A DNA stretch of 64,000 bases from a virus (Duplodnaviria; Heunggongvirae; Uroviricota; Caudoviricetes): IMG/VR virus record IMGVR_UViG_3300001199_000001, positions 69,404 through 133,403 of that record; one strand, 5' to 3'. Positions 44,865 through 56,500 of this stretch are shown one piece after another (positions within the stretch are counted from its first letter, which is position 1; the number at the start of each line of letters is the position of its first letter). The notes under the pieces are model-generated. The model did not search any database, had not been told where the DNA came from, and saw only the letters and a program-made list of their open reading frames with translations. The position numbers and the translations under genes are program-made.

Positions 44865-46256
44865 GTGAGCAAGACCGCCATTCTCGGCATGCCCGAGATC
44901 ATGCAGAACCAGACCCAGAAGGAAGCCGCCGCTAACACCGCGCTGCAACTGCTGGAGACCTCCGCTAACGCCGCGACGACGCACGACCTCTCGGCGGCTA
45001 GCGTCACTTGCACCTCCATCAAGTTCACCCGGTTCTTTTTACACCGCCTGCAAAATCACACGACGGAACGGACCTTCACCGTCCCGGCGAGCAAACGTCT
45101 TTTCTGTGTCAAGAACGAAACGACATACGATGTGACTGTGGAAGTTACGGGCGGGGATTCCGTTCTTGTAGGAGGGGAACAAACGGCCATCATTGCTTCG
45201 GATGGCGAGACGCCGATGGTTATTGCGTACACCACAGCGCTCAACGACACGTTCCTATCTCTAACCGACACGCCGGACGACTATACGACTCACGCTGGAA
45301 AATACCTCCGCGTCAATATGGCGGGGACGGGCATTGAATTCATTACGGCGTCTGGACTTGTCACTAGCGGCCCCGACACCGAAACAGAGTATGAGACGAC
45401 AAATCCTACAACGCCTGGGACGGGTTTGCGCCTGTTCGCACGCAAACGAGCCGGTCGTTCGAATCTAGGCGTGCTGACCTCTACCGGCTCCTCCTATGAG
45501 ATTCAACGGTCGTTGTCGCATGGCGACTTCTTCTTGGTCAGGGCTGGCGGCACCACGAATAACCTCACTACTGTCGGCACATCGGTGCAGCACCAATGGT
45601 CAACCAGTGGTACGGCGATTCCAACTGCTCACGCAGCAGATTACACAACCTTGGGACGCTCCATGCGCGGGACCGGGCCAAGCGTGTACGGGCGTGGCAA
45701 TAACAGCTATTCCCGGATGTACGTAAACTCGCCGTTCTTCTATCGTGGCGACGGCTCAGACCCGGCAGGCGGATTCGAGTATTGTGTCAGGTTCACCTCC
45801 TCCATTTCGTCTGGAATGCGTGCCTATATCGGGCTTTTAGGTGCGCCCCTCGGTTCCTCTGCTGCCACCTTCTCGTCGACGACCCAGCCCAGCACTCTAC
45901 GAGCCGGGTCGGTCATCCTTTATAAGGATACCACCGATCTAAGCTGGCGGCTGGGCTGGGGCGATGCTTCGGGAAATCTTTCGTCGGTGAGCCTCGGGTC
46001 AGACTTCGCTGTCGATTCTGCACGCAGCACCGTCATAGAGTTCTCCCTATCTTGTGAGAAGAACGGGAACATTCACTGGTCAGTTCATGATCTGGATTCC
46101 AACGACTATCAAAGCGGGACTATCAGCACAAACCTCCCGCCCACCGATTATTATATGTGGGCCAGCCAAGCCGTCGCTATCACCACTAACGGCTTCACGA
46201 ACGTAAACGATGGCGGGATATTTATCGGTTCGCTCTACGGCGCGAGGGACTTCTGA
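44865..46256 (+). CDS. Tail fibre protein with DUF2793-like N-terminus
   Basis: T..LG.PEI..NQ.QKE..AN.AL..LE; LTDTPDDY motif. Confidence 0.78.
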   Translation: MSKTAILGMPEIMQNQTQKEAAANTALQLLETSANAATTHDLSAASVTCTSIKFTRFFLHRLQNHTTERTFTVPASKRLFCVKNETTYDVTVEVTGGDSVLVGGEQTAIIASDGETPMVIAYTTALNDTFLSLTDTPDDYTTHAGKYLRVNMAGTGIEFITASGLVTSGPDTETEYETTNPTTPGTGLRLFARKRAGRSNLGVLTSTGSSYEIQRSLSHGDFFLVRAGGTTNNLTTVGTSVQHQWSTSGTAIPTAHAADYTTLGRSMRGTGPSVYGRGNNSYSRMYVNSPFFYRGDGSDPAGGFEYCVRFTSSISSGMRAYIGLLGAPLGSSAATFSSTTQPSTLRAGSVILYKDTTDLSWRLGWGDASGNLSSVSLGSDFAVDSARSTVIEFSLSCEKNGNIHWSVHDLDSNDYQSGTISTNLPPTDYYMWASQAVAITTNGFTNVNDGGIFIGSLYGARDF

Positions 46257-48397
46257 TGCAGGTTGATGTCATCATCATCGCTGGGGAAGCAAATGCGCTT
46301 GGAAGAGGACTGACGGCGGAGGATGTTCCAGCCTCTTACGTCGCCGGTCACTCAAACGTCAGAATTTACAATCCCACGAGCGGCACGTTCGTGCAAATGG
46401 TGGCGGGTACCAATACCGGCGTAGCGGGGACTGATGTCGAGTGCTGGGGGCCGGAGGTGGCGTTCGGCGAACATTGGTACGCCGATAATAGAACCTCCGA
46501 TCTCTACATTATAAAGTATACCGCCACAGGGGTCGGCCTCGATCAAAGCACCACAGAGAACGATTGGCACCCTAGTTCCACAGGCGATGCCTGGGACTTG
46601 ACGAGCACGCGCATAGCGGCTGCAAAATCGGTTATCACGGGGGCCGGAGACACGGCAAAGGTCCGTGCGGTCATCTGGGTCCACGGCGAAACTGATGCTG
46701 GCGTCGAGGCGAAGGCCTTGGACTATAACCGCAACCTAGTCAGCTTTCTCAATGCTATTCGGGATGAATGGGGGGATGCGGACACCCGATTGATTTTGAC
46801 CAGGGTTAGCGCAAAACCCGATTATGATTTTGCCGCCGAAGTCAGGAGGGGGCAGACCAATGTCGCCTCGCTCGCCGAGAATGTTCTTATTCTCGATACC
46901 GATACTCTCCCGATGCAAGACGACATCACGCTGTACGCGGCAGGCGGACAAATCCGCATCGGTACGGTGGCTTACGAACGTTATAAAGAAAGCTATGGAA
47001 CCGCACGGGATGATATTACCGCCAGCGGCTCTACGGAATATCTCGGCCTCACGCTACTAAATGCAACGGATAGCGCAAAAGCGGCAATCCTTAACCAACA
47101 ACTCGCCATACTAGAAGAGGCGTCAAACGACACTCAAACTTTTGATGCTGGCTCAGGTAACGTCACTTGCACACTTGCGGTATTTCGGACGGCGCAAACG
47201 CTGATTGTCGAAAATCACAGCGTCACAAGAACACTGACTATCCCAGCTAACAAACGGGTTTTTACCGTCGTCAATCGTGGGACGGGGGCTCTGAACATCA
47301 CGGTGTCAGGAGGCTCCACAATCACACTCCCAGCGATCTCGTGCGGCATCGTCGTCAGTGATGGAACGACGCCTGAGTTCCTGACGCTCTTCGATAATGA
47401 CAGTGCAAGCGGCTTCGAGCTTCTGACCGACGCCTTTTCATTCTCTGGGCAAGCCGGTAACGCCGCTAAAGTCAATGCGACAGCAGACGGCCTGGAGGCC
47501 GTGGCCCCAGGATCGGAGACTCTTCAGTCTTGGGATACGACGACAGAGTGGACGGGAGTGACGGCCCCGACAAACACGGCGGGCGGGGTCATTCCTTTCG
47601 CTCGCTCACGTATGGGCGCCCACCTGGGGATCGTTCCAGCTAATCACGCAGCGGTTGAGTTGCAGCCGCATCTAGCGAAGTGCGGCTACGCGGCGATGAC
47701 CCTCTCTGGCGTCAGCAACGGAAATCCTACCATCCTGGGTCTAGGATGCGCACTTTCTTCGAGCGCGGGGACGGGCAATGATTTCGGTCCGTTCGAGTTT
47801 ACTAACAACGTCGGTGCGAACATCTCCTTCTCGAATCTCTATCATTCGATAGGGAAATACGATCTTCAGGTTTTCACCGCCAACACTGTTGTAGGTCGTT
47901 ATACGACGCAACCGGTCTGCGCTATCGGCGGCGGCTTTTCTTACACAGCGAAATTCGGCTTATCCGGAGTGGTTCCGACAACGCGGGCTTTCGTCGGTCT
48001 TACGGTGAGCGGTGCTGATATGACCGCCAGCACTACGCCTTCGACCAACCTGACCGGAGCCTACTTGGCGATGGTCAAGGACCAGTCGGAAACGACTTGG
48101 CGCATCGTGCAGCGAGGTATCGCCGGAGCCGTCAAACTAAACACCAGCTTTCCCGCAAACACGTCGGGTGTGGATTTCTATGTGTTCAGGATGTTTTGCT
48201 CGCCGGGCGGTACCGTCTACTATTCGATTTTACGCATGAATACCGGAGCGGTTTACGAAGGCTCGTTCGTGGCTGGTACCGACATGCCGACGAACACCGA
48301 GCCCCTTTATATGCGCTATCATGCCAGCAACACCACCGGTTCGGCGAATTACACTTGGATCGGCGTCAACCTGATTGAGTGCATAACGCCAGTTTGA
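46256..48397 (+). CDS. Tail fibre with N-terminal SGNH/SASA acetylesterase-like domain
   Basis: IIIAGE(Q)ANA.G, WGPEV.FG, IW.HGETDA; fibre domains downstream. Confidence 0.78.
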   Translation: MQVDVIIIAGEANALGRGLTAEDVPASYVAGHSNVRIYNPTSGTFVQMVAGTNTGVAGTDVECWGPEVAFGEHWYADNRTSDLYIIKYTATGVGLDQSTTENDWHPSSTGDAWDLTSTRIAAAKSVITGAGDTAKVRAVIWVHGETDAGVEAKALDYNRNLVSFLNAIRDEWGDADTRLILTRVSAKPDYDFAAEVRRGQTNVASLAENVLILDTDTLPMQDDITLYAAGGQIRIGTVAYERYKESYGTARDDITASGSTEYLGLTLLNATDSAKAAILNQQLAILEEASNDTQTFDAGSGNVTCTLAVFRTAQTLIVENHSVTRTLTIPANKRVFTVVNRGTGALNITVSGGSTITLPAISCGIVVSDGTTPEFLTLFDNDSASGFELLTDAFSFSGQAGNAAKVNATADGLEAVAPGSETLQSWDTTTEWTGVTAPTNTAGGVIPFARSRMGAHLGIVPANHAAVELQPHLAKCGYAAMTLSGVSNGNPTILGLGCALSSSAGTGNDFGPFEFTNNVGANISFSNLYHSIGKYDLQVFTANTVVGRYTTQPVCAIGGGFSYTAKFGLSGVVPTTRAFVGLTVSGADMTASTTPSTNLTGAYLAMVKDQSETTWRIVQRGIAGAVKLNTSFPANTSGVDFYVFRMFCSPGGTVYYSILRMNTGAVYEGSFVAGTDMPTNTEPLYMRYHASNTTGSANYTWIGVNLIECITPV

Positions 48398-48462
48398 GGC
48401 GTCGCATTTCTTGACTTTGAGTCACTTTATCCTTAAGAATTAAGGTTCACCCGGAGCCAACA

Positions 48463-51400
48463 TTGGCCGATCCCGTTACATGGTTTATCGTCTCTACCAT
48501 CATTCAGGTGGGAATCAGTTATCTGTTCCCAGCCGAAGGTCCCCGCATGCGCGATCTGCGGGTGTCGGCTTCGACCTACGGCGCGGTGATTCCGGAGATT
48601 TGGGGGACCTGCCGCGTCGGCGGGAACCTGATCTGGTCGGCGGGTATTCGCGAAGTCAAGCAAAAGAAGCGAGCGGGTAAAGGCGGCGGCTATTATAACG
48701 ATTACTCGTATTTCGTAGATTGCGCGTTCGCCTTCGCTAAAGGTCCGGTTGTAGGTGTCCGCAAGCTATGGGCCGATGGTAAGGTCATCTACAACGGCGG
48801 TCTTCATTCATACTCCATCGCACTGCTGTGCGGCGGCTCCGCTGCCATTTACGTAGGCTCTGAGGAGCAGTTACCGGACCCTACGATGGAAGCGGCTGAA
48901 GGAGCCGGAAACGTCCCAGCTTACAGGGACTTATTCTACCTCGTCTTCAACGATCTACCGCTCAAGGATTTCGGTGGTCGTGTGCCTCAGATGGCAGCCG
49001 AGGTGTACGCTACTAGCAGTACGGTGGCGATAACGCCGATTTTCTTCGAGAAAAATAACGAAGACGACGATCCAGTCTATATCCCCGATAGTGACTGGCA
49101 ACAGCTTCTCGTCGATCCTATTCGATCTCTGCGTTATGCGGCGGGAACTCGCTATAACTATGATGTCAGTGATGGCTTTGGGTTCGAGCAGGGCCTGATT
49201 ATCTACGAACTAACCACAGGGACAGTCACGCAATTTATCCCCGATCACCAAATGACGACCCTCGATCTAGGGGCGACGACGACCGACTCTGATGGACTAA
49301 GCCACAGAGCGGGATATTTCCGTCCCCTAGCGCTCACTTATATGGGCGATATGATCGTCGAGACCAGTGCTCTTAACGAAGGCGACACCGCAGGGGTCAA
49401 GCTTGCGCGTGTGGACAGCATCACTGCGCAAGCTGTCGCCACTGTGGGTGAAGAACTCGATATTGCCGACTATGTCGAACCCGTTTACCCGGCCGAAGTG
49501 GATGCAAGCGCATCGCTCATCCTGAAGTCGTTTGGCCCCTACACGGGTTCCGTGTGCGCCAATGATTATTCCGGCATCGAATATTATCTGCACATCTCGG
49601 ACGGATTTGATGGCGCTTCACACCCGGAAGGCGATCACAAGCCGCTGAGATGGTATATCGTTCGCACAAGCGACATGACTGTGGCGGCGAAAGGCTTCGT
49701 TCCTAACTCTCAGCCGTACACTTATTTCCACGTGGCGCAGCGCTACCAACAATTGGTGTCGCCTACTTGGTACGTGATGATCGGCCGTTCGGATTTCGAT
49801 GAAACTGGCGATCACACCATCAATAACCTAGACCTCTACCGGGTCGACCTAGATGGGTGGAACAGGCAGACATTCCTGTTCAATCCGCCGGAGGGCGAGG
49901 CTACAGACTCTGATCCGCACAACTACCGCGTAATACAGTGTCATTGGGATTTCGGGGACAACGGCGTTGTCGTGTTCTGGAAAAACGGCGGGCGCACCTT
50001 CATCTCGAAGTGGATGGAGGAGGGTAATTACTGGGATTGGGAAACGGAGATAACTGAACTCGGAGCAGTCGGCGGCGACTCCTCGCCGCCGTCTTATATC
50101 GGCATTTACGATAACCGGGTTGTTTTCGCGACGACGAACAATGTCCTCCATTATTTGGATTCCCTGACTGGGGAATTCGTTGTTGAAACTTCCGAGCCCT
50201 GCCGCAACGTCACAGTTGATCCAGACGATATCGGCGACTATGAGGATGCGAGTGTTTTGTTCGATGGCTACGGCGGGTTTCCGCTCGAACCGTCCATCGG
50301 TACTGAAACAATGTGGATTGAGCCTACACTCAAAATTTATGTGGGCGTAAATGGGGGGCAGAGAGAAGGGGCCTTCAGCACCGCCGCGCTGATTAACACC
50401 ATCGGAGACGACGGCAACCCGTTGTCGTCTGTCGGGAACATCGTTGAACGTCTTCTTCGTCGAGCGGGCCTTAAACGGCGAGATTTCGATCTCACCGTTC
50501 TCTACTCCATCCAAATTTATGGCTACGGTTTCGCGGCTAACGCGGACGTGCGTTCTATCCTGGACGATTTGCGTCGCCTTTATCAATTCGATTTGCGTGA
50601 GAGCGATGGTCGAATCACCGCTTGCCTGCGTGGCAACGAGGACCCGCGTCTGACGATCCCTCAAGCCTTGCTTGGCGGCGAAAGCTACTGGCGCGAAACC
50701 CGCATCCAAGAGGCGGAGCTTCCTGAACTGGTCGAACTAACTTACATGAATTATCAACGCGCTTTCGAGAACTCGACGGCGCGTTCAAAGCGCATCGTGA
50801 ATCCACATCCGACGATGTTTTCACGTCAGCGGCAGGTGTTCCAGTGCAACGCCGTCATGGAAGCGGTAGAGGCCAAACAAAGGGTCCAGAAGCTTCTCTA
50901 TTCGCAATGGCTTGAGCGCACGAAACACGAAACCAGCTTGCCATGGGCCTTTTTAACTCTAGACCCCGGTGATGTCGTCGAGGTCGCTATGGATGACGGC
51001 CGGACCTATCTTGAGCGCCTGCACCGCCTGGAGCTAGGTTCCGATCTCTCGATTGAAACCGAATGTTATGGACAGGACTCAGGCGCTTACGAGAGTAATA
51101 TTGTCGAGTCCGACGGCGGCGACGGCGGTGATTACGATGGCGAGACCCCTATCGCAAAGCCAGCCTATCCACTCATCCTAAATACGCCTCTCCTGAGAGA
51201 CGCCGATGATATGGGCGGCACTGTGTCGACGTACTACACGAGCGTCCTCAACTCCGTTAACGGCACCTTCAATGGAGCGGGGCTTTTCCGCTCGACGAAC
51301 GGCTTGGATTTCACCAACATTGATTCCTATACCCAAGACGCGGAGTGGGGCGTCGTTGTCGGTAAGCTTGAAGAGCCCTCCAGTATTTGGGCTCCGGACG

Positions 51401-52152
51401 AGACTACCGTTCTGACCATTCGTCCGCTGGTTCCATGGTTCGAGCTTGAGACCATTACCGAGGAAGACCTCCTTAGTGGCCAGAACGCCGCAATGGTCGG
51501 CAATGAGCTTATCCAGTTCCGCGATGCTGTGGAAAATGCCGATGGAACGTGGAACGTCTCGTACATCCTGCGCGGACGCCGGGGGACTGACTACGCTGTC
51601 GGTACCCACGCAAACGCTGAGCGTTTTGTCACGTTAAGTACATCGTGGATTACGGCGCAGACCGAAACTACCGATGTCATAGGTCAGAACCGGTACTTCA
51701 AAGCCGTCGGGAGCGGTCTGTCGGTTCTTGAACAGCAGTCCCATATGATCACTTATTATCCCCGCGATCTTATGCCGTATGCCGTTACCAACATCACCCG
51801 CGAATTGTCGGGCAGTGACATCGTTATCGAATGGTTCCGGCGCAGTCGTCTTGGCGGGGGCTGGCTAGACTACGTCGAGGACACACCTCTGCATGAGACT
51901 TCAGAAGAGTACGAGATTTATATTTTATCAAGCGCCTTCGATGGCGATTTGTCCCTCCCAACAGCGCCGTCGCCCTACATCCGTCGCCTGACCGCGACGA
52001 CCAACACAGTAACCTACACGCTAGCGCAGCAGGCGGCAGACGATTTCTCCTACGCCACCGACACCTTGCATCTCGTAATTTATCAACTTTCCGGCGTGGT
52101 TGGCAGGGGTTTCCCGGCTCCGCGCTCAATTACTCCGACAGATATAGAGTAA
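48463..52152 (+). CDS. Central tail fibre/megatron, copy 2
   Basis: Near-identical N-terminus and C-terminal third to 40725-44843; TTG start; own GAGTCAC motif. Confidence 0.9.
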   Translation: MADPVTWFIVSTIIQVGISYLFPAEGPRMRDLRVSASTYGAVIPEIWGTCRVGGNLIWSAGIREVKQKKRAGKGGGYYNDYSYFVDCAFAFAKGPVVGVRKLWADGKVIYNGGLHSYSIALLCGGSAAIYVGSEEQLPDPTMEAAEGAGNVPAYRDLFYLVFNDLPLKDFGGRVPQMAAEVYATSSTVAITPIFFEKNNEDDDPVYIPDSDWQQLLVDPIRSLRYAAGTRYNYDVSDGFGFEQGLIIYELTTGTVTQFIPDHQMTTLDLGATTTDSDGLSHRAGYFRPLALTYMGDMIVETSALNEGDTAGVKLARVDSITAQAVATVGEELDIADYVEPVYPAEVDASASLILKSFGPYTGSVCANDYSGIEYYLHISDGFDGASHPEGDHKPLRWYIVRTSDMTVAAKGFVPNSQPYTYFHVAQRYQQLVSPTWYVMIGRSDFDETGDHTINNLDLYRVDLDGWNRQTFLFNPPEGEATDSDPHNYRVIQCHWDFGDNGVVVFWKNGGRTFISKWMEEGNYWDWETEITELGAVGGDSSPPSYIGIYDNRVVFATTNNVLHYLDSLTGEFVVETSEPCRNVTVDPDDIGDYEDASVLFDGYGGFPLEPSIGTETMWIEPTLKIYVGVNGGQREGAFSTAALINTIGDDGNPLSSVGNIVERLLRRAGLKRRDFDLTVLYSIQIYGYGFAANADVRSILDDLRRLYQFDLRESDGRITACLRGNEDPRLTIPQALLGGESYWRETRIQEAELPELVELTYMNYQRAFENSTARSKRIVNPHPTMFSRQRQVFQCNAVMEAVEAKQRVQKLLYSQWLERTKHETSLPWAFLTLDPGDVVEVAMDDGRTYLERLHRLELGSDLSIETECYGQDSGAYESNIVESDGGDGGDYDGETPIAKPAYPLILNTPLLRDADDMGGTVSTYYTSVLNSVNGTFNGAGLFRSTNGLDFTNIDSYTQDAEWGVVVGKLEEPSSIWAPDETTVLTIRPLVPWFELETITEEDLLSGQNAAMVGNELIQFRDAVENADGTWNVSYILRGRRGTDYAVGTHANAERFVTLSTSWITAQTETTDVIGQNRYFKAVGSGLSVLEQQSHMITYYPRDLMPYAVTNITRELSGSDIVIEWFRRSRLGGGWLDYVEDTPLHETSEEYEIYILSSAFDGDLSLPTAPSPYIRRLTATTNTVTYTLAQQAADDFSYATDTLHLVIYQLSGVVGRGFPAPRSITPTDIE

Positions 52153-52156
52153 CGTC

Positions 52157-53497
52157 ATGACAACACCCCTCCTTGGTCTACCTGAGATCACGGCTAATCA
52201 GAATCAAAAGGAAGTTACCGCCAATAAAGCGCTCAATATGCTTGAGGCGGCGCTCAATGATTCCTTGACGCATTCTCTAGCTTCAGGTAATTTGACCCTC
52301 TCTTCGCAGCAGTTTCAGCGGTACTTTCTACACCGCATGCAGGGGCACTCCGTGCCTCGTGTATTGACCGTCCCAGCCACAAAACGGACGTTCGCCGTCA
52401 CCAACGAGGGAACCGGTCAACTGACGGTTCAAGTCTCTGGTGGCAGCAGCACCATTTTGGATACGGGCCAGTCTGGAGTGCTCAACACCGACGGGTCGTC
52501 GGTGTTTCCTCTAGCAGTCGTCGGCGAGAGCGTCACCGCTCCTGAACTGGACTTCACTGACCTCGTTGATGTGCCTGCCTCCCTATCTGGGCAGGCCCTT
52601 AAATATCTTCGGGTTAAGGCGGATGAGAGCGGGCTAGAATTTACGGAAGACACCGCCGTGGCGTTGGGAACGCCAGACCTTTCTACGGAATACACGACAA
52701 CGCCGCCGACGGCACCCGCAAATGGCATTACTCTCTATACTTTAAACAGAGGGGGAAGGAATCGCCTCGCCGTACGTGATCCTGATGGCGGTAATTATGA
52801 ACTTCAACCAGCGCTTTGGAACGGTAACTTCGTCCTTTGGAGAAACGCTACCGCTCTTGGAATGAATTTCACGGCAGCCGGAACCGCGTCTACCCCTTCG
52901 TTTAGCACGGGGACTTATTTCGGATCGACGCGACGCACACGCTACACGTCGTCCGCATCAACAGGGGCGGTTGGGGGGATTCGGGGGGATACCCTGGCTT
53001 TCAAGCGCGGGGCGGGGGCTGACAGTTTCGGTGGGTTTGAGTTTATTGCCCGCTTTGGCATCGGTACCAATCAAACGAACAGCCGCGTGTTTGTCGGATT
53101 AGTGGGTACTACGTCGGCACTGGTTGGGTCATCGGACTACAGCGGACAACTGGTTGCTACGGGCGGAGCTTTCGGTCTCTGTAAAAATGCCGCCGACACA
53201 AATTTCAGGCTGGTGGCTGCCGACGGAACTACTCTCAGTCAGGTGGATTTTGGGTCATCTTATCCTGCAAACACGTCCGCCACAGACCTCTACGAGTTCC
53301 GCTTGTATTGCCCCAAAAACGGCAATGTCGGCTATTCATTGCACCGCCTAAACACAGGCGCCCTAGCAGAAGGCACGCTCTCCTCGAACCTCCCCACATC
53401 GCAGTATCTTGCACCCCACGCCGTCATGACCACAGGGGCGGGGAGCGCCGCAGTCGCAATTGACCTCATCACCCTTTGGGCTTTCTCGGAAATCTAG
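52157..53497 (+). CDS. Tail fibre protein with DUF2793-like N-terminus, paralog of 44865-46256
   Basis: TP.LGLPEI..NQ.QKEVT.N.AL..LE; same domain order. Confidence 0.8.
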   Translation: MTTPLLGLPEITANQNQKEVTANKALNMLEAALNDSLTHSLASGNLTLSSQQFQRYFLHRMQGHSVPRVLTVPATKRTFAVTNEGTGQLTVQVSGGSSTILDTGQSGVLNTDGSSVFPLAVVGESVTAPELDFTDLVDVPASLSGQALKYLRVKADESGLEFTEDTAVALGTPDLSTEYTTTPPTAPANGITLYTLNRGGRNRLAVRDPDGGNYELQPALWNGNFVLWRNATALGMNFTAAGTASTPSFSTGTYFGSTRRTRYTSSASTGAVGGIRGDTLAFKRGAGADSFGGFEFIARFGIGTNQTNSRVFVGLVGTTSALVGSSDYSGQLVATGGAFGLCKNAADTNFRLVAADGTTLSQVDFGSSYPANTSATDLYEFRLYCPKNGNVGYSLHRLNTGALAEGTLSSNLPTSQYLAPHAVMTTGAGSAAVAIDLITLWAFSEI

Positions 53498-53500
53498 TCT

Positions 53501-56500
53501 TTGCCGACCTCCATCCTTGGCATCACAGAGCTTACCGGCACGCAGGCGAACAAGTACGCCACGTGGAACGCGGCTCTGCGCGCCATCGAGAATTCAATCA
53601 GTGAAGTCGGCGACACCGTTGATCTGAGCGGCGCCAACTACACGATTTTACCGAGCGATTTTACCTCTAACTGCTATTGGACGGCGATCAATAATAGCGT
53701 TACTAGGACGATCACCGTCCCTGCAACGAAGCGGGTGTTTTCCATCCGTAACGGCGGTTCGGCCGATCTCAATGTCACCGTCTCAGGTGGCGCCACAACA
53801 TCGGTGACGGTGGGATCAACCGCTTACATCTTCAGCGACGGAACAACGCCTGTCGCGCTGGCGTCGCAAGAAGGTGCGACCTACAGCTTCACCTCTTTGG
53901 GCATGACGCCGGATAGTTACACCGGGTTGAACCAGACGCGGCTACGGGTGAATGCAGCGGCGACCGGCCTTGAACTCGTCAACGATCCTGACATCACGGC
54001 AAACGACTACGACCTCACCACAGAATATTCCACGACCAGTCCATCTGCTCCCGGCCTGGGTGACGGTATGGATATCTTCTGTCGCGAACTCCCTACCCAA
54101 CGGCTTGCCAGCACCACGTACTCGCGTGGACCGGAAATCTTCGAGCCCTTGATCGCCACCGAAGGTTTCGGAATGCTCTGGCCCTTCCTCGACGGGACCA
54201 GCGAGCTTACAGGTATCGGTCTTGCCTTCACACAATCAGGCCAAACCAACGCCGTAACCGCACCAACCACTGGCTCTGCTCTCCTCGAAATCCCAAGAGC
54301 TTCTATCTGGACAGCGACCACTGTCGGTAGCGGTGCTTACGTCCTAGGGTCTGCCGCCTTCGCGCGTGGCGCGACGCTGAGCGTTGGTGGTTTCGATGTC
54401 GTCCTGCGCTTCGGTATCGAGACCTTCGTCGCTTCGAGCCGTTCTTTCGTCGGTCTACACACCTCGACGGCTTATGTCGCTGGCGACGCCAATTTGGAGA
54501 CCGCTACGGGTGCGGGAATTGGTATTTATCGCGCCGCTTCGGGTTCGAACTGGCAGCTATTCCAAAAGGCAACAGGTTCCAGCGCTGTTCTTACCGACCT
54601 CGGAGGTAATTTTCCGGCTAACACCACGAACACCGACGCCTTCGAACTCCGTCTTCATTGCGCTCCAGGCGGAGTTCCCGAGTACACGCTACGTCGTCTA
54701 GGCACAGCACACGTCGTCGACGGGGTCTTCAGTGGGAGCAACCTTCCGACAACATCGGAAACCCTCCAGCCCGAATTCTGGCTGAGCAATGGGACCACAT
54801 CCACGCAATGTAAAATAGCGGTCATTGGACTTTACGCCTCTAAGGCTGATGCACCTTCGACCGAGTTAGAAATATCAGCTACCGGTACCGCTGATGCTGA
54901 CGCCTTCGGCTCACCGACGATGTCGGTTGAAGGCCAAGGCGTCGCAGCGACATCGGCTACCACCGTCAACGCCTTCGGCTCTCCTCTTGTCGCTGACGCG
55001 GCGGCGGCGACATCCATCCTCCCTGTTGCCATCTCGGATGCTGACGCATTCGGTACCCCGCAACTTGATCTGGATATTCTGCCGACCGGCGCAGCATCGG
55101 CGGAGGCCTTCGGAGAGCCCTTGCTCTCCGTGGGTGAGAATGTCGTCATGGATGGGTTCGCGGAGACGAGCCTTTTTGGTACGCCCGTCGCCGAACTTAG
55201 TATCGCGCCGACAGCAATTAGCGACGCCGACGGGTTCGGGGTACCCGTCCTCAGTCAGCCCGTTCAAACCGTCACACCGACCTCCACGGGCGGAAGCTCC
55301 AGCAGAAAGTTGGGGTATGTTGATTCCTTTGAAACCTCGGAGGCCTGGGTTGCTGGTGCGGCCAACCGCAAACTGGTCACCCACGTTAGGACCTACAGCG
55401 ATGCTGGCAAGATCGCGGATGTGAAGGTCATCTTCCACGCGATCACGACAGGCAACAAGGTCAAGGCCGTTCTCTATAACTCTAACGGGGATGTCGGCTC
55501 AACGTCATCGTGGCGCCCCACCACTCTTATCGCTACCGGGACTGAAGTCACACTCGATAGCTCTGATGTCGGCAAGATCGTGACGCTGCCATTCTCCGTC
55601 CCTGTCGCTCTTGCGGCGAATGGTTCGTACTGTATCGGCCTCCACATCGAAAGTTCAGGTACGTCTGTAAAATCGGCGGTGGGAGCCTCGCGCCTCGGCG
55701 GATACATCGACGAGTACTCCTATAGCGGTCGTAATACCTGCTATAATACGGATACCTACTCCGACGGCGCGGCTGCATCATTTGGCACGCTAACGCAAGA
55801 TGGTACCGCAATTGCTATATGGACTGATTATTATGATGACGAAGCCTTCGGCTACCCAGTCACGACATATTCTGGTGATGTCGGTCAGCGACTTGAGCCT
55901 GCCTCAGTAAACAACCGACCTGCCGCGTCCACCGGAGACCTGGGCTTAACGACAGCAGCCGCCGGAAATTCGGTAAGTGACAATAAAAAGATTGCTCAAG
56001 CGATTACCACCGGTACCGTCCCCGTGCGTATTTCGGCAATTACGGGGAACTTCACGAGTATCGGTGCTGGCGCAGCCATGCGGCCCTTTGTTTATAAGGC
56101 AGACGGTGCAAACGTTGTAAAATATGCAGGGTTCAATGGGGATACGTATGTCGATCACCAGACCAGCGGTCCGCACACGCTACTCGCGGTTGGTCCGACG
56201 CAAACCTACGTGAGTTCAACCAGCGGCATAAAAACCTTACCGCTTTACAACACGCTCATCCTTGAGCCGAACACGGTCTACTGGATCGGATTCCATCGCA
56301 ATACCACAGGAACTATACAATATCGCTATTCGAATGGCGGTGCACCTGTGGGCTCTCCACTCGTGGAATCTGTTGCGCTGTTCAATGCTTACGCTAGTGG
56401 GTCTTCGCTCACCTGGGGTTCGTCGTTTGATGTTCTAGGCCTCGGGGCTGGTAACCGCGCTGCCTTCTATGTCAGTTACGAAGTCGAAGGCGACAACGTC

